A DNA stretch of 64,000 nucleotides from the human T2T-CHM13v2.0 reference genome, Homo sapiens: NCBI RefSeq assembly GCF_009914755.1, contig NC_060928.1, one strand, 5' to 3'. Each line of letters begins with the position of its first letter. Position 1 is the stretch's first letter. Below are positions 39,935-55,170 of the stretch, piece by piece. The notes beneath the pieces were generated by a model. It saw only the letters and a program-made list of their open reading frames with translations, ran no database searches and was not told where the DNA came from. The position numbers were made by a program, and so were the translations under genes.

Positions 39935-40355
39935 TTTACCCATCAATGATAGACTGAATAAAGAAAATACGGTACATTTACATCATGGAGTATTATGTGG
40001 CCATAAAAAGGAATAAGATCATGTCCTTTGCAGGGACATGATGGAGCTGGAGGCCATTATCCTTAGCAAACTAAGGCAGGAACCAAAAACCAAGTGCCAC
40101 CTGTGCTCACTTATAAGTAGGAGCTAAATGATGAGAACACGTGGACACATAGAGGGGAACAACACACACTGGGGCCTATTGGAAGGCGGAGGGTGGGGGG
40201 AAGGAGAGAATCAGGAAAAGTAACTGATAGGTACTAGGCTTAATATCTGGGTGATGAAATAATCTGCACAACACACCCCCATGACCCAAGTTTATCTATG
40301 TAACAAACCTGCACATGTACCCCTGAACTTAAAAGTTATTTTTTTTAAAAAAAGA
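39935..40355 (+). mobile_element. L1PA 3' end
   Basis: cccatcaatgatagactg...aacaaacctgcacatgtacccctgaactta. Confidence 0.92.
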
Positions 40356-40604
40356 AATAACAGGAGAAAACAGAATTGATTTGAGAAATAACATACTTGA
40401 AAAACTAAATCTAAACATGCAATAATTGCTACAATTTATTGATTACCTATTAGACATCCACACATTATATACACTCTCTAATAACAACACTAAAAAAATT
40501 GTGATTATTATGTTCATTTTACACACGATAATACTAAGGCTTAGAAAGGTTAAGCAGATTTCCCAAGGCTGCAGAGCTAATTGAAGGAGATTAAAACTCA
40601 ACTT

Positions 40605-40850
40605 AAAAAAAAATTGTATTTTGGATTCAGGGGTACATGTGCAGGTTTGTTACAACGGTGTGTAACGCTGAGGTTTGGGGTTCCATTGATCAAGTCACCC
40701 AGACAGCAAACATAACACCTGACAGAACGTTTTTTCAGCCCTTATCCTCCTCCTTCCGTTTGGAGTCCCCAGTGTCTACTGTTTCCGTATTCATGTCTGT
40801 GTGTACCCAAGGTTTAGCTCTCACCTGTAAGTCAGAACATAAGATATTTG
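40605..40850 (-). mobile_element. Older L1PA/PB 3'UTR fragment
   Basis: gggtacatgtgcaggtttgttaca...ggagtccccagtgtct...tttagctc. Confidence 0.85.
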
Positions 40851-41077
40851 GTAAAACCCCAATTCTAAATGCATGTTCTTTTCTAGACATTGCTACCTCA
40901 GAGAAGAAACTGAGGAATTTTACAATAATTGAGTCCAAGTTTAAACCTAACATATCACTAGAGAAGCCCCCTCACATTTCCATAATATCCTTTTCCCACT
41001 ATTATGATGGGTCTAATGGACATTGACTAATAAGCCAGAATTCCCTCCAGTTTGGTTTACACGTTATTTTTGTAGCT

Positions 41078-41400
41078 CAGAGATTGGCAAATTATGGCTG
41101 CAGGCCAAATCCAACCCTCTGCTTATTTTTATATGGCCCATGAGCTAAGAATAATTTTTACATTTTTAAATGGTTGAAAAAAATTTCTCAAAAGTTTGAT
41201 GACACATGAAAATTACATGAAATTCATTAGTCCTATAAAAATAAAGTTTTATTGGAATGCAGCCTCACATTATGTACTATCTGTGGCTGCGAACATGATA
41301 CAGGGACAGAGCTGAGTAGTTGTTTCAGAGACCTTATGGCTTACAAAACCTAAAACATTAACTCTAGGCCTTTTACGGAAAAAAGCTTGTTGACTCTCAC
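41078..41400 (+). mobile_element. MER58B-like hAT-Charlie element
   Basis: ttggcaaattatggc...ggccaaatcc...gagctaagaat...aaataaagttttattggaa...ggccttttac. Confidence 0.85.
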
Positions 41401-43060
41401 TTCTCAAGAATAGCCTTAGGGGAAACTCCTCTCCACCAAGAACCTGTTCAATCTCTTTGCCTTTAGTTCAGTAGTTTCTTTATTCATTCTTCCATCAAAA
41501 ATGTACTTTTTCTTACTATCAAGCATTGTGTTTGGCACTGTGGTAGAGGGACAAATAAAATTATAGAATTCCCAGGAACACAACAGAAAGGGAAAAGGCA
41601 AAGGATATTTCAGAAAGAAAGAATATGTGAAGGCATGAAGTGTTAACACAATGGTAATAATCTGAGCACCCTTTAAGTGAACAACTCATAGAATCACCTC
41701 TAGTGTATGTGGAGCACGAGGCAAGCACTGTGCTAGCCCTTTCCATGAATGCCTCATTAAAGGCTCAGAACCACACTTTAGGTAAATTAATCACAATTAA
41801 TATAATTTTATAGATGTAGAAACAGGTTTGATATAATTATGAAACTTATCCAAGGCACACAGTTAAAGAGTGCTGTCATCAGAATTCAAAGTCAGGTCCA
41901 CCTAGCTAGACTGGGAAGGTGCTATCACAGGTATTAAAAGATCAAAAATATCTAACAAAATGTTTGTCATTAAAATCCATTTTTGATGATGTGTGATGTA
42001 TAAAGACATGTCAGATTCATCTATTTTTGGATTAATTTGTATTGACAGGGGCATCAGACACTGAGATATTCTTTCCTTCCCAGGAAAACTCTGGCTTATG
42101 TCAGAAAAGCTCCCCTCCTTTGCCCCACAATTTTCCGCCCATGGCCCAGTCCTTGCAGGGTGGAAGAAGAGGAGGCAGAGCCACCAGCGATAGATGTTGT
42201 TCTATAGTTTGAATGCATGCCCTAAATTTTCCACTTAAATTGTTATAATGATTCATCTTTTTCTCCTTATTTTTACATTTTATTTTTAGCATGTTCTAAA
42301 TGGCTAAATGTGTTTCTGGGATTCCTATTCTGTGACATTCAAGTTAGATAATTTTTGATCTGGTTTTACAAGCCAGAAAATAAGATTCAGAGAATTATAA
42401 TGACCTGCCCAAAGACATAAAAATTAGTAAGTGATAGAAAAGGGGATTGAAGACTAGCAGAAATAAATACAAAGCAAAACCAAAAAGCACAATACACTTT
42501 GTGCTCCTGTGTACTGTAATTTGTTGTAGCTTATGAATAAAAGGCTCTGTGTGCATAAAAAAGGGTAGCTCCTTTAACAGCAATTGTATTTCATGGGCAA
42601 AACTGACAATGTGCCACACGTAGAAATCATTTCAACTAATTTTTGTAACACAAAAACATTTTGTGAGAACATCAAATTTGTATTTGTTTTTTATCATGCA
42701 CAAATTTGTCAGTATATCTCCAGTCTAAAACTTTCCCCTGAAATCCAGATACATATTCAACTGCTTACTTGAGAACCGAAGAACAATAAAAAGAAAGAGA
42801 AACCTCAAGCCAAATAGCCATGATATGGTCATTATGCTGTCAGCTTCTGCTTTTCCTGTAAAACAAGAGTAATGACACCTATCCGGAAGGATTGTTGTGG
42901 GCCTTACACAGGATAACGCACACACAAGATGTATGGCAGAACACTGTATCAGGTCTATCAGTTTAATACCTTTCTGATATTAAGGTGATAGAACTTTAAA
43001 TATCCATGCATCATTTCTAAAATTTATAAAATAAAAACTTTAGAAAAAAAAATTAGTCTT

Positions 43061-43372
43061 TCCAGGCACGGTGGCTCATATCTGTAATCCCAGCACTTTG
43101 GGAGGATGGGGCAGGTGGATCATCTGAGGTCAAGAGCTTGAGACCAGCCTGGCTAACAAGGTGAAACCCCATCTCTACTAAAAATACAAAAAATTAGCCA
43201 GGCGTGGTGGTGTGCCACTGTAGTACCAGCTACTCAGGAGGCTGAGGCATGAGAATCATCTGAACCTGAGAGGCGGAGGTTGAAGTGAGTCTAGATTGTG
43301 CCAGTGCATTCCAGTCTGGGCGGCAGAGTGAGACTCTCTCAAAAAAAAAAAAAAAAAAGAAAAAGGAAAAAA
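43061..43372 (+). mobile_element. Full-length Alu
   Basis: Alu consensus; TSD-like aaaaa(t/g)tagtctt on both flanks. Confidence 0.95.
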
Positions 43373-45129
43373 GTAGTCTTAAACCCAACAACCCTTAATC
43401 TGTTTGGGGAAAACATTTACTATTGCAGCAAATACACAAATGTTCACACCTAAAATTAGCATAAGAGAACAAAAGTTAAAAATACAAATAGTTGCTTACA
43501 ACTCAAATATATGAGCATGGAATGACCACTTGGAAGCAGAAGTGCCCAGGATTAATCACATTACTGATCCTAACCATGAATAAACATATATAACAAACCC
43601 AATAGTTTTCATGATACACATACTGACCTCAGACAGTATTTTATTGATCACACCGTCATACTAATAGATTCTTTTTAGGTACTTCGTGACTTTTAAATAA
43701 TTACTGAAAAATATACTGCTAAAATTTGTCTTCTGGTACAATGTCTTAATATTCAATTCCACAGAGAAATATTGTAAAGGATTTTTATAGCTAAGAAGTA
43801 GAGTAAGCAATTTGTTAAACATTGTATGGACTTGGTCATATAGCTGGTTTAGAACAAGAGAGTCAAGAAAGGCATCTATAATGCCTTGTTGGTTTACAAA
43901 TAGGTATTTTTAAAAGCAAGTTATAATCAAGTTGTGAAATATAGATATTTAAATTGCTTAAGTCAGTAAAATCCATTCACACCTTCTGACAGTACTTTTC
44001 ATTTACATTTTTGCTCAAATTAATAAACCTTTCCATTTTTACCAAGAAATAATCCTATGTCTCGTATTAAACAACTCATAGTCATAAAAAACAGACTTAG
44101 GGGAAAATATTGTTTAAATTTTAAATATCGTTTAAATAGTAACATTTACTTTAACAATCATTGTATGTGATTGAGTATATTGAGTACAAACCTCAGCGTG
44201 CACCCTATTAAGGGACTCAGGATGAAAGTTTTGAAAGGAATATATGCTAAGGATGAGGGAAGAGCAAAAAAAACTTTGAAATATGAAGCTCTATGATAAA
44301 TATTATGATTTAAAAGACTTTCTAAAAGCTCTCAAAACCAAATTCCTGTCTGTTCCCAAGATGTTAAAATAAGTAGAAAGCCACCAATTAAAGGCCAAAA
44401 TAAAGCTACACACGTTGGGGTACACTGTGTGTAACTCTATATGTAACAAAATGAAGGTCATGAATTGAATGGCTTCCAGTAATTCATTCTTCCAAACTGT
44501 TCAGGTACTGGTTGGACTCTCAACTTTGGGGTACTTCACTCATACTTTTTACTCCCTTGACCTCTTGCTAGACAGAAAGCTCCCTTGCTAGTAGGGAAAA
44601 CCATCTATTGTTTTCGTGTGAGTATAACAGGTTTGAAAGTTTAATGCACTCCCCAAAGCACTAAATTCTCCCAGAGATAAATCCTAGGATGCACATTAAC
44701 AGGTACTATTTCATTTACTACCTTTTGATCTTTCATTCCAATCAAATTACAGCATACTGTTACCTCTACTGAATCATAAAACCCTCCCTTATTCTTGGTA
44801 GTTGCTAGGATGAGAAAGGATAGGTTGGAGTTTATTGAAAGGTCTTTAAAATTAAAACTGCGGGTAACAAAACAAACATGTATTGTAAGTTATACTGAGC
44901 TATCAACTTGTTATTAATTTAGAAAAGCTCTTTAAAAGTCACACGTAGGAAACAAAGCAGAATGGCCAAATTTATTTAAGCAGAACAGACATATCATGTA
45001 ACCAGGCAATGAAACTGAAAAGCTCGCACCTCCAAAAAAAAATAGTTTTTCTAAGCCATTTGAAAATCTCAGTTTTTTAGTACAAAAATAGTTATCTCCA
45101 AACCACCAGCCCCAAATTCCAACAGAATA

Positions 45130-45540
45130 ATTGATAGGTGGAGGAGGCTGGGGTTGAGGGGAAGAGGAGAGAGAAACATACACCCAGGAATGGCATTTCT
45201 CAGATATATATCCCCCGCTTTACCCTCCATGTCCAGGCAGCTAGCAATCAATCATTATTCTTTCAGCAATTCTCTTTGGGACTCAATTCCACTTCATTCC
45301 CATTGTTATCACCCTACACACTTCCTTTTCTCTCTAATCCTTGGATTTCAGAATTCTCTAACTCCATGTCCTACCTTTCTAATGGCTCCAACATACAACT
45401 GCAGATTCTTGTTATGAAAACACAGTCTCCATGATTTTATAAAAGCCCTGTCCAGAGCCCTACTGTTCTAATGATTAAAGCCTTACCTTCCTAAAGCCAA
45501 AAGCCTACACTCCTCTTCCTGACTTTTAAAACATGAAATA
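45130..45540 (+). mobile_element. L2 fragment
   Basis: Pyrimidine-rich degenerate L2-like sequence. Confidence 0.4.
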
Positions 45541-45857
45541 AATGGACAACTCCTATACATCTCTGTAAATTATTAAACTAAAATATAATATTTAAGTTCA
45601 ATTGATCATAATACACTATTTGGAAAACCAATCCTTGTCTCTGTGGTATGACTCAAGTTAATCACTTGATTGATCTTGAGAGAAATCCTGTTTTCTTTGA
45701 TTCTGTACAAATTTGATTCCTACTTCTGGACCTAACTCATCCATGAAGATTCTCCCAACTACTTCAGTCCATATTTTTTTCTCTCATGCCACTAAACTCC
45801 AAGATGTAATATCACCCTTGAATTCATGAAACATCATATTTGCTTCATAATTTAACT

Positions 45858-46320
45858 CTTTTTTTTATTTATCAACATTTAAGTTCTGGGGTACATGTGC
45901 AGGATGTGCAGATTTGTTACATAGTAAACATGTGCCATGGTGGTTTGCTGCACAGATCAACCCAACCCCTAGGTATTAATGTAAGTACCCATTAGCTGTT
46001 CTTCCTGATGTGTTCCCTCCCCCTACCCTCCCCTCCCCATGGACAGGCCCTGGTGTGTGTTGTTCCCCCACCCCATGTGTCCATATGTTCTCATCATTCG
46101 GCTCCCACTTATAAGCGAGAACATGCGGTGTCTGGTTTTCTGTTCCCGTGTTAGTTTGCCGAGGATAACAACTTCCAGCTCCATCTGTGTCCCTGCTATG
46201 GACATGATCTCATTCCTTTTTATAGCTGCATAGTATTCCATGGTGTATATGTACCACATTTTCTTTATCCAGTCTATCGTTGATGAGTATTTGGGTTACT
46301 TCCATATATTTGCTATTGCC
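45858..46320 (-). mobile_element. L1PA 3' end
   Basis: gttctggggtacatgtgcagga...gcatagtattccatggtgtatatgtaccacatt. Confidence 0.93.
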
Positions 46321-46649
46321 AACACTGTATTTTGAAAGAAAATATTTCTACTTCTTGAAGGGCATGGGCCTTATCTACAGTGCTGGGTTGACCTGACTAC
46401 AAGAAATCCACAGAAAATATAATCTAATAGTTACTCCCATTACAATATCGTACGCCTGTCATACAAGCTATAAAGGAAGAGAAAATTCACTTTTATTTGA
46501 GCTACTCTTTACTCCTCTGAGCCTTCCCTGGTTTGTGACAAACAAACATTGTAACAGCTTCACCTCTCTTAAGTACATATTCATTTTGTATTTCCTGTTT
46601 AAAATAATGTAGACTTAAATCTTCTTCAATCTAGGCAAGAGCTGAAACA

Positions 46650-47240
46650 ATACGGTGACTAAGAGCACATTCTGGCGCTAGACTGCCTGGGCTTGAATGA
46701 CAACCACATTCTCTGCTAGATCGCAGACAGTAATCTCTAAATCTCAATTCTCTTATCTGCAAAATGAGAATACATACAGTACTTACCCAGTGGATGTGGT
46801 ATATAAATTGCTCAGAATAGAGCTTGGCAGAGAACAAGAAGAATGTAAGTCCTTGTTTAATTAATGGAGGGAGGACATAATTTTTCTGTGTTGCAGAATC
46901 TAAGGCAAACACTACAGAAACAACTACCCTTACAAAAGTCTGATGACTTATAGATTTAGTTTCTAAGAGTCTAAAAACCTCATATCTGATTTATCCTTGA
47001 TTTCAGGATAGTAAGGGGTTTAGGACAGAATATATAAGCTGGATATGGAGCGATCTTGACTATAATGCCTGTTTCTCCACTTATCAGCAGGTAGCCTTGA
47101 AAGAGTTATGTAATACCGCTACATCCCAGTTTCTCCATTTGTAAGTAGCCGTAACCCTAAGACAGTAGGAAGATGACATAAAATAATGTAAGTAAAGCAT
47201 TTAGCCCAGCGCACATAGTAAATTCACAGTAACTATGAAC
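46650..47240 (+). mobile_element. Two MIR copies
   Basis: agactgcctgggcttgaat...atctgcaaaatgaga; cagtttctccatttgtaa...gtaaagcatttagc. Confidence 0.7.
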
Positions 47241-47909
47241 TATTGTTATCTCTCACATATTATCTGATCAGTGACAAGGAAATACACAACAAATTGATCT
47301 ATTTTTCGTGGTCTGCATGTGTCTCTCTTCTTCTCTTGCTGGCAAAGACTATTTCTTCAGAGCTGTGCCTTATCTTAAAAAATTATTTGTTCCAAGTTCT
47401 ACCTGTCCCATGTACTCTAAGTGATGAAGGGCACAAATGGGCAGTTTCCATGAGAAGCAACTCCCTTGAAATTATGCCAAGATCAAGTAATTTTGCAATA
47501 TTTGCAGGATAACATCTAAAAAGTCCTTCCAAATTCAAAATTATGCATATTTTCTTTTCTTCAGAATTGATTGTATAGATGTATTTTTTTTATAATTTTG
47601 ATGAGGGAGAATTACTCATATATTTCATTCACTGTATGATATTCACTCAAAATGCACTTTGGTGAAATTTACATGAGAAGACACCAAACTGGGCATAATC
47701 ACTGCTTGAAAGTATGTTACTTCTTTCTTTCTTACTTTCTTTTTTTAATTAACACTTGAAGATTTATTTTTAGAACACTAATGGGGGAGCATCTTTTTAA
47801 GGCTAACAGATATAGACACACTGTGACACTTCAAGAAAGTAATCTATTTCTTAGGATAAGCCAAGTATGCCCCCTTCACTCCAATCTATTCTCCTTTATG
47901 TTATTTATA

Positions 47910-48245
47910 CGGTTGGCCCTCTGTATCCATGGATGCCGCATCTGTCAATTCAACCAATAGCACATCAAAAAATGTTTGAAAAACCAAAAATAACAATTTA
48001 AAATACAAACAGAAAAAAACATAGCATAGCTATTTGCATAGCATTTACATTGCATTAGGTATTATAAATAAACAGATGATTGAAAGTATGGGAAGGATGT
48101 GCGTAGATTACATGCAGATACTCTGCCATTTGATATAAGGGACTTGAGCATCTGCAGATTTTGGTATCCACGACAAGCAGGTGGCAGGGGGGAGACGTGG
48201 TAGTGTCCTGTAACCCACCTCCCCATGGATACTGAAGGAAGACTG
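47910..48245. mobile_element. MER2 (TcMar-Tigger) element
   Basis: TIRs cggttggccctctgtatccatgg / ccatggatactgaaggaagactg with TA flanks; gggacttgagcatc. Confidence 0.88.
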
Positions 48246-48869
48246 TATTGAAGTAGCAGTGGTTAACAGAACAAGTAGCCTGTTGACATCCTTCTATCAT
48301 TAAATTATTTATAAATAGTTAAATTATAAATATAGTTACTATTGGAACAGGATTTAATACAAAAGTACCAGAGATTTTTTTTTTTTTTGCTATTTTACTA
48401 CTAATGCAGCAAATTGCAGAATTCAGAAAATTGTTTTCCTATACTGTTTTCATTATTACATTGAATTATAATAAACATTTCTAAAATATAATTTAGTGTG
48501 ATATATTTAGTTTATATTCAATGAATGTATAATTTTCAGCATACTGTTAATAAATGCAGAGATAGCACTGGAGTTTTCAGTGATCAGATATGTTTTCTGA
48601 TCACTGAAATCAGTGATTCAGATATATTTTCTTTCATGTGATTCTCATGCAACTTTGCAAAGTAGGGAAGACAGGTTATATCATCTTATTGACAAATGTG
48701 AAAATTGTGGCTCACAATTATGTGACAAGATTAGAAAGCAACATGCTAGAATATGAATTCAGGTCTCTTAATATCTAACATGAAATTCTGTCTCCTATCC
48801 TGGGATACTTCTAAGTAATAGTCATGATTACCATGACCACCATCACTATCAACCACAATAACAATACGT

Positions 48870-49330
48870 GTCCAGGTGCCTTTCTTGGTTTCATGTATCA
48901 TTTTACACTGTTAAGCACTCTTTTTTCCTAAAAATTACTCCTTTGACAATTTACGTGGCATTGCTCTCTTTCTTTCTTGAAACTTTTCTGATTGTTCCTT
49001 CACAAGGCCTCTTTTGCTCCATCTGTTCTTTAAATGCTTGTGTTGTATCTCTGATATTCTTACTCTAACACTAAAATTGCATGACTTAGTATTCTGCCAA
49101 GGCTAAAACCACTTTCCACACAATGAGCTCTTAGGTTTAGGTATTTAGTTCCCTTCTAGACATATATCCTCAAACACACGTCAGACTCTTAAAGCTCAGC
49201 ACGTCCAAAACTGAATTCTGTGGCTCCATCCATCACTCCCAACCAGCAAGCTCTTCTAGTCTCCCTATCTTAATATCCCAGGAGTTATCCAAACCAAAAT
49301 ACCAAGAACTACAATCCAGCTTTCATGGTA
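48870..49330 (+). mobile_element. L2 fragment
   Basis: aagctcagcacgtccaaaactgaa motif. Confidence 0.55.
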
Positions 49331-52056
49331 ATGATCTGATGATATATACTCTGGAAAGCATTCCCTAACTACCTAGACAAAAGTGAGTTGGCAGTCCTCT
49401 AAAATTTGGTCAGTACTTGCTCAGTTATAAACTGTTTCATATATTTATATATTTTTAAAGTTTATTCAACATGTACTTTTAGTGAGTAAGAGTAAAATAT
49501 AGCCTTGTTAAAGAAGGATAGCATGCACAAGAAAAACTAAGAAATGATATTTCCTTGAATAAGACACATTCAGTGAAAGAAGAGATGTCTACAATTACCC
49601 AGTTGAACTACTTTTCTGTGATTGAAAGCTCTTCATAAACATCCTGACCTAGAGTAGTCTATTACTTCATGCTGTTTGTACTCTAATATTTCAACAGTTG
49701 TCATACATTTAAAATTTCTGTTCTTTCTGGGTATAGACAATGTTTAACAAAACTCTTACATTTAAATACCTTAAATTTTCTATAGATTACTGCATGATAC
49801 AGAGAGTTAATACAAATTTACCAATAGGGTTTCTCACCACAGAATTATATTTTAGAAAATGTCAGGAAATTGGTACTCCATAGTAAATATCAGTGACTAT
49901 CATCAATTTCAAAAAAAAAAGAAAAATTTCCAATTTAAGTGGCCTAGGTCTTACTTTTAATATCTTGTACATCTTTGGCTTTAAGAAAACATGATGGGGA
50001 GTGAAATGTAAATTATATCAGCTAGGTAAATTTATGGATTTGTATTATATTTGCTGAAATTGTCTTTTTTTTTAAGTTCATAGATAGTGAATGGCTCAGC
50101 TTTCCAGGTCTGAATTTACTTGAAGCAGTTGCATTTTGAATTACACTATTCTAATGCAAATTTAATTCCATAGCATCTGTCATATACAGCAATCTAAACT
50201 TAGAAATTCAAAGAAATATGCATTTGAGTTACATCTTATATCTTTATATATAAGTATTTCTCTCCCATTTAGATCATTAAAATTTCATTCTCATGTATCA
50301 TATTCTATTGGGATAATTTTCAAAAAACTTTAGTGCTTAAAATAAGACTTACGCAACTTGAGATTATTTATTCTGGAGCCTTACAGAAGCTATACATTTA
50401 TGGTTTGCTTGTGATAGATATGTTGAAGTTCAGTATAATATATAATAATAATAATAAATAATGGTTTAATTAGGTAAGCTATGACACTGTCTAAATAGCA
50501 ATGTAAATGAAGTTTCATTCTCCCTATCTTAATAGTTCAGTCATAATATATGGAATAGAAAAAAATTGAGGACTATTACCTTTGTTTTCAAATTAGTTAG
50601 CTCTTTATTACAATAATGGCAATGGCACAAAATGTTCCTAAGAAATCAAATGCCTTTGAAAAACACAAATAATTTTTAAGTAGAGGCAACAAAAAACACA
50701 CTTACTCCTATCTAACTCTATAAAAGTAAATTATGTTACCTCCTTACCTTAAATGAATGAGCAGAAATTAAGTGCTAGATTCTAAAATATATTCTTACTT
50801 ATGTGTGAAGTCCACATTTTAAATAGTTCAGATAAAGAAAGAAAATTGAGAAAATTAAAACCCCTTAATTTTAGCAAATTTTTTATATAACATTCTCGCG
50901 TTAAAAGGAAGTGGTGAAAACATAACGTCAAGCAAAGTATATGGTTATAATTTGTTCTACATATCAGGAAAAAAACTCCTAAAACGAATGAAATGCAAGC
51001 CATAGATAGACAGACAGAAATTATAAATGTAGGGACAGAGTAAAATTTGTGGCAATTAGGTATCTAATGTGGGGGTGTAAGGTACAAGGGATGTTATAGG
51101 GCAACTCTATGTTTTAACAAAATGTTAACATATTAGCTATTTGTTACTGAGAAAAAATGTGGTTGCAACCAACTGCTCCCCCACCTTTTTTTTCAAATTC
51201 TGATGATTTCTACTTGGCCCCAGGTTAGAATAAGAAATTCTTAAGAAAGGAAAATAAATCTTTAACATTATTCCCATTTTTCTTTGAAGAACAGTTGAGT
51301 ATTTCTGAGATGATTCTAGTTTATCTGCTAACACAATGACAGAGAAATCATATTTGATTTATTTTCGTTATTTCCCTTTTAGATCCCAATTTTAAGGTGT
51401 AGCAGAGGTAATGAAATGGAGCAATAACTCTGGAGTAGGTAGTCGTTGTGATTGACTTAGGAGACATTTTCCAAGACAAAAATAAATGAGACTGAATACC
51501 AAAATTATCAGAAGTCTATCACAAAGTATGCCCCATAAGAGGTATTAATAAAGTTGAGGCTGCTCTAAGTCATAACTATAAGAAAAAATCACGACTTAAG
51601 AAATTGATTTTTTAAAAATATTACAGATTCCTTAAAAGGGCAAGCTTCAATTCAAACAAATGGAGAACCAACCATAATGAAAGAGATTATTTTGCTTTTA
51701 CAATCTGAATATAAATCAAACTCTAATTCAATACTTATAAAAATTTTATGGGCTAGAAAATAAGAGTACTTTAGACATTTATTTTATAGGTTCTCTTATT
51801 TTTGACCAGACTACATAACTACAAATATGAAATGATCCAATTAATGTATTTGCTGATGGTTTTCCTTTAAATCACTATTTTTTTCATGCAAAGTTCCTGG
51901 TACAATAACAAGATGCATATTTGTTGGATTAAATGAGGTAGTAGGGATAGTTCAGGGACAGAGGTAGGTTTTATGGCTCCCACCCTGTTAGAGATGTGAC
52001 GTGGGTAAGAGAGTGACACAGAAGTTTACTGACATTTTACTCCAAAGAATATTTCA

Positions 52057-52333
<277 letters not shown>

Positions 52334-53001
52334 CCAAAGAATATTTCATCCAAATCTCTGAAACATCACTTAAGCCTCCAGCTTGCTTTCTTCTGCTTTG
52401 CTTCTCTAGTTCTTCTCTAGCTTTTTTTCTACAAGATTCTTTGTCTAGATCTTACAGAGGCTTGATGCTTTTATAACAGAAGGACACACTCATATCTCCA
52501 TCTAGAAGATGTAATGGGATAGGTGGAACATCACGAAAACACCAAATCTTCCTACCCAGTTTGTGGTTACAGCCAACGTACCAGCTGTCACTGTACCATT
52601 TCTTCTTGCCCTTACACAACAAAGGTTTTACCCAGATATGACTGCTCTAAACCAGCGCAATCTACACCTTGTTGGGTTGTTTGCCACCCACCCCCAGCCA
52701 TGCCCCGAAGATTAATAGCATTTAATGGTGAACTTGTTTTGGGTTACCCGCACCCTCAGACATACAGAACCTTCACTTATAACATAGCCTTTTAGGATCT
52801 AATTCTTATCCATTTTTATTCATATAGCCAACCTACTAGCATTCACACAACAGCAAAGGTATTATGTCTAGGTGTAGGTTTTAAACATGTTGCAACATGG
52901 AGAATTAGAGATATTGCAGAGGAATATCAGAAGAAAAGAAACAAATAAAAATTTCAACAGAAAGATAAAGAATTAGAACAGATATCACAGATTATCTAAA
53001 T

Positions 53002-53180
53002 TAGGGTTTCTCAACATCAGCAGTGACCCTTGGTCTGTACCCACTAAATACCAGAAGCCCTGCCTCCCTACCCAATCTCCAAGTTGTGACAGTCAGAAAT
53101 GTCTTAAGACATTGTATGTTCCATGTCTTGTGGGCGGGGAGGGGAGGGAGGGGAAATCATTCCTAGCTGAAAGCCACTAC
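53002..53180 (+). mobile_element. MER20-like hAT element, internally deleted
   Basis: gtttctcaac...cccactaaatacca...gttgtgaca...aatgtct..agacattg. Confidence 0.75.
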
Positions 53181-54546
53181 TTTATGACATGTGCATTCAT
53201 ACATGTGCATTCACATCAGTACAGAGAAATCCTATTGCAAACATTAAGAAGGCACAGGCAGTATATGGTCAGAATCATATGTAAGAGCATGAAAAAATTT
53301 CAAACAGGATAAAGGTCTCGGAAAGGCTACATTTCTACAGTATAAAGAGTTAGTATCTGTTTTGGCTTTTTAGATGCTTATAAGAACACAATGACATAAA
53401 AGTTGTTATACTACTTGCATTTTGTAAAAGTACTTTCACGTAAGTAAAAGTATGTAAGATATAAGACAGTGTATTAAATCAGAAGTTTATATGATAAGCT
53501 TTGGTACAATTAAGAGCTCTGAATTATGACTATTAACTAGAGAATCTGCAATGATACTGAGTAGTTTACAGCACTGAAGAGCTGTACCATCCTCCCCACC
53601 TTTTTTCACATGATTAAAATTAGGAGGAACACCAATCAGTTCTTCAATTCAATACTTAGTAACTGAATAATATAAGGCAAATTACTTAAGTTCTCTGAGT
53701 TTCTCTTCCCTTCATTTGTAAAATTCAAAAGGTAATATAACTTACAAGGAAGTTAAAAAAAACTTTAAATGAGCTTTGGTGTGTGTTGAGCTCTGCTGGT
53801 ATGCAATTAAGAAATAATAATGGTTATTATTTATATTAATCATAAAAGTAATCATAAATTTCAATCCTTAGCTTATTGAGTTGGATTGTATATAATCCTG
53901 GCTTTTTTTTGATCTTTCAGTTGATAACAACACAACAGAAGAATAATTAAGTTTCAAAATAAAAATTTTCTGAGATCTCATAGAGGTTCAGAAATGGTCT
54001 TATATAGTTCACTGTGCTAGCTAACTTACTTAATTAACCGTACATGAGCACTATCTCCTTCCAGTTGGATGGGAAGCATTCTTACTGGAAGTATTTTATT
54101 TTGTAAGTATTTATTTTCCAACTTCATCACAAAAATGTGAGATATATAGCAAGCACTCTATCTCAGAGCCTATATAATTAGCATTCCTTTAATGCCTAGA
54201 AAGCTTTCTAATGTAAATGTAATTCACAGAGATGACTTGCCCTCAGTCTAAAAATTGAGGAAAATACATAAGCATAAGCATGGTAAACAACCTTTAAAAA
54301 CAAACTATTATTTCCAAAAACCTGAACTTGGTACAATCAAATTAGCCAACTATTACCACAGAGCAACACATTGGGAAAATATCTTCCTGTCCATATATTC
54401 TTCTTTCTTATATATGTACTATCTCAGTTCATTCTGTATCTAGCTACTCGTTTTTCACATTTTCAAATATTACTTGTGCCATATTAATTACCCTTTAACC
54501 ACTTGAATTTTCAATCATAGCTGCAATGTGAAGTAATGACACCTAC

Positions 54547-54675
54547 CACTGCAGTGTTTAATTGTGTCAGCGGTTAAGAATCTCTTCACCACCAGGTAAG
54601 CAGAGCCAGGTTCAGCTAATGAACTCCACCGAAGCACCTGCTCCAGTACATTTTCCTTGTAGTGAAGAGGACGCT
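54547..54675 (-). CDS. ARAP2: ARAP2 coding exon (129 nt), end of RA domain
   Basis: ttacag|AG...GTG|gtaggt; (E)RPLHYKENVLEQVLRWSSLAEPGSAYLVVKRFLTADTIKHCS; phase 1-1. Confidence 0.97.
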
Positions 54676-55006
54676 CTGTAAAAAATAAATTCCAAATCAA
54701 ATGGAAAATATATGAGGATAACAATTTTTTATTTTATAATCATAAATTTTAAAAAATCCATTTGAAAAGATCTGTAGGCAACATTATACACAATCATATC
54801 TTATATTATACAGTAATAGCACTATGACTATGTAAAAGATATCCTAAGACCTAGAAAATTATTAAGCACATAATAACATTTACTATATAAATTAATCATG
54901 CAGGAATACCTGTTACTGAACTATTTTTAAAAATCAGAAGTACTTTTGATAAAAATCTCAGAATTCTACCTTTTGTATAATAAATTCTACCCCTTGTACA
55001 ATACAT

Positions 55007-55170
55007 TATTATTATTATTATTATTTTGAGACAGGGTTTCACCCTGTCACCTAGGCTGGAGTGCAGTGATGCAATCCTAGCTCACTGTAGCCTCAAACCT
55101 CTGAGCTCAGGCTACCCTCCCACCACTGCCTCCCAAAGTGGTGGGATGAACAGGCATGAACCACCATCCC
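55007..55170 (-). mobile_element. Alu monomer (FLAM-like) with (TTA)n tail
   Basis: gagacaggg...aggctggagtgcagtg...cctcccaaagtg...ccacca; single arm. Confidence 0.85.
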
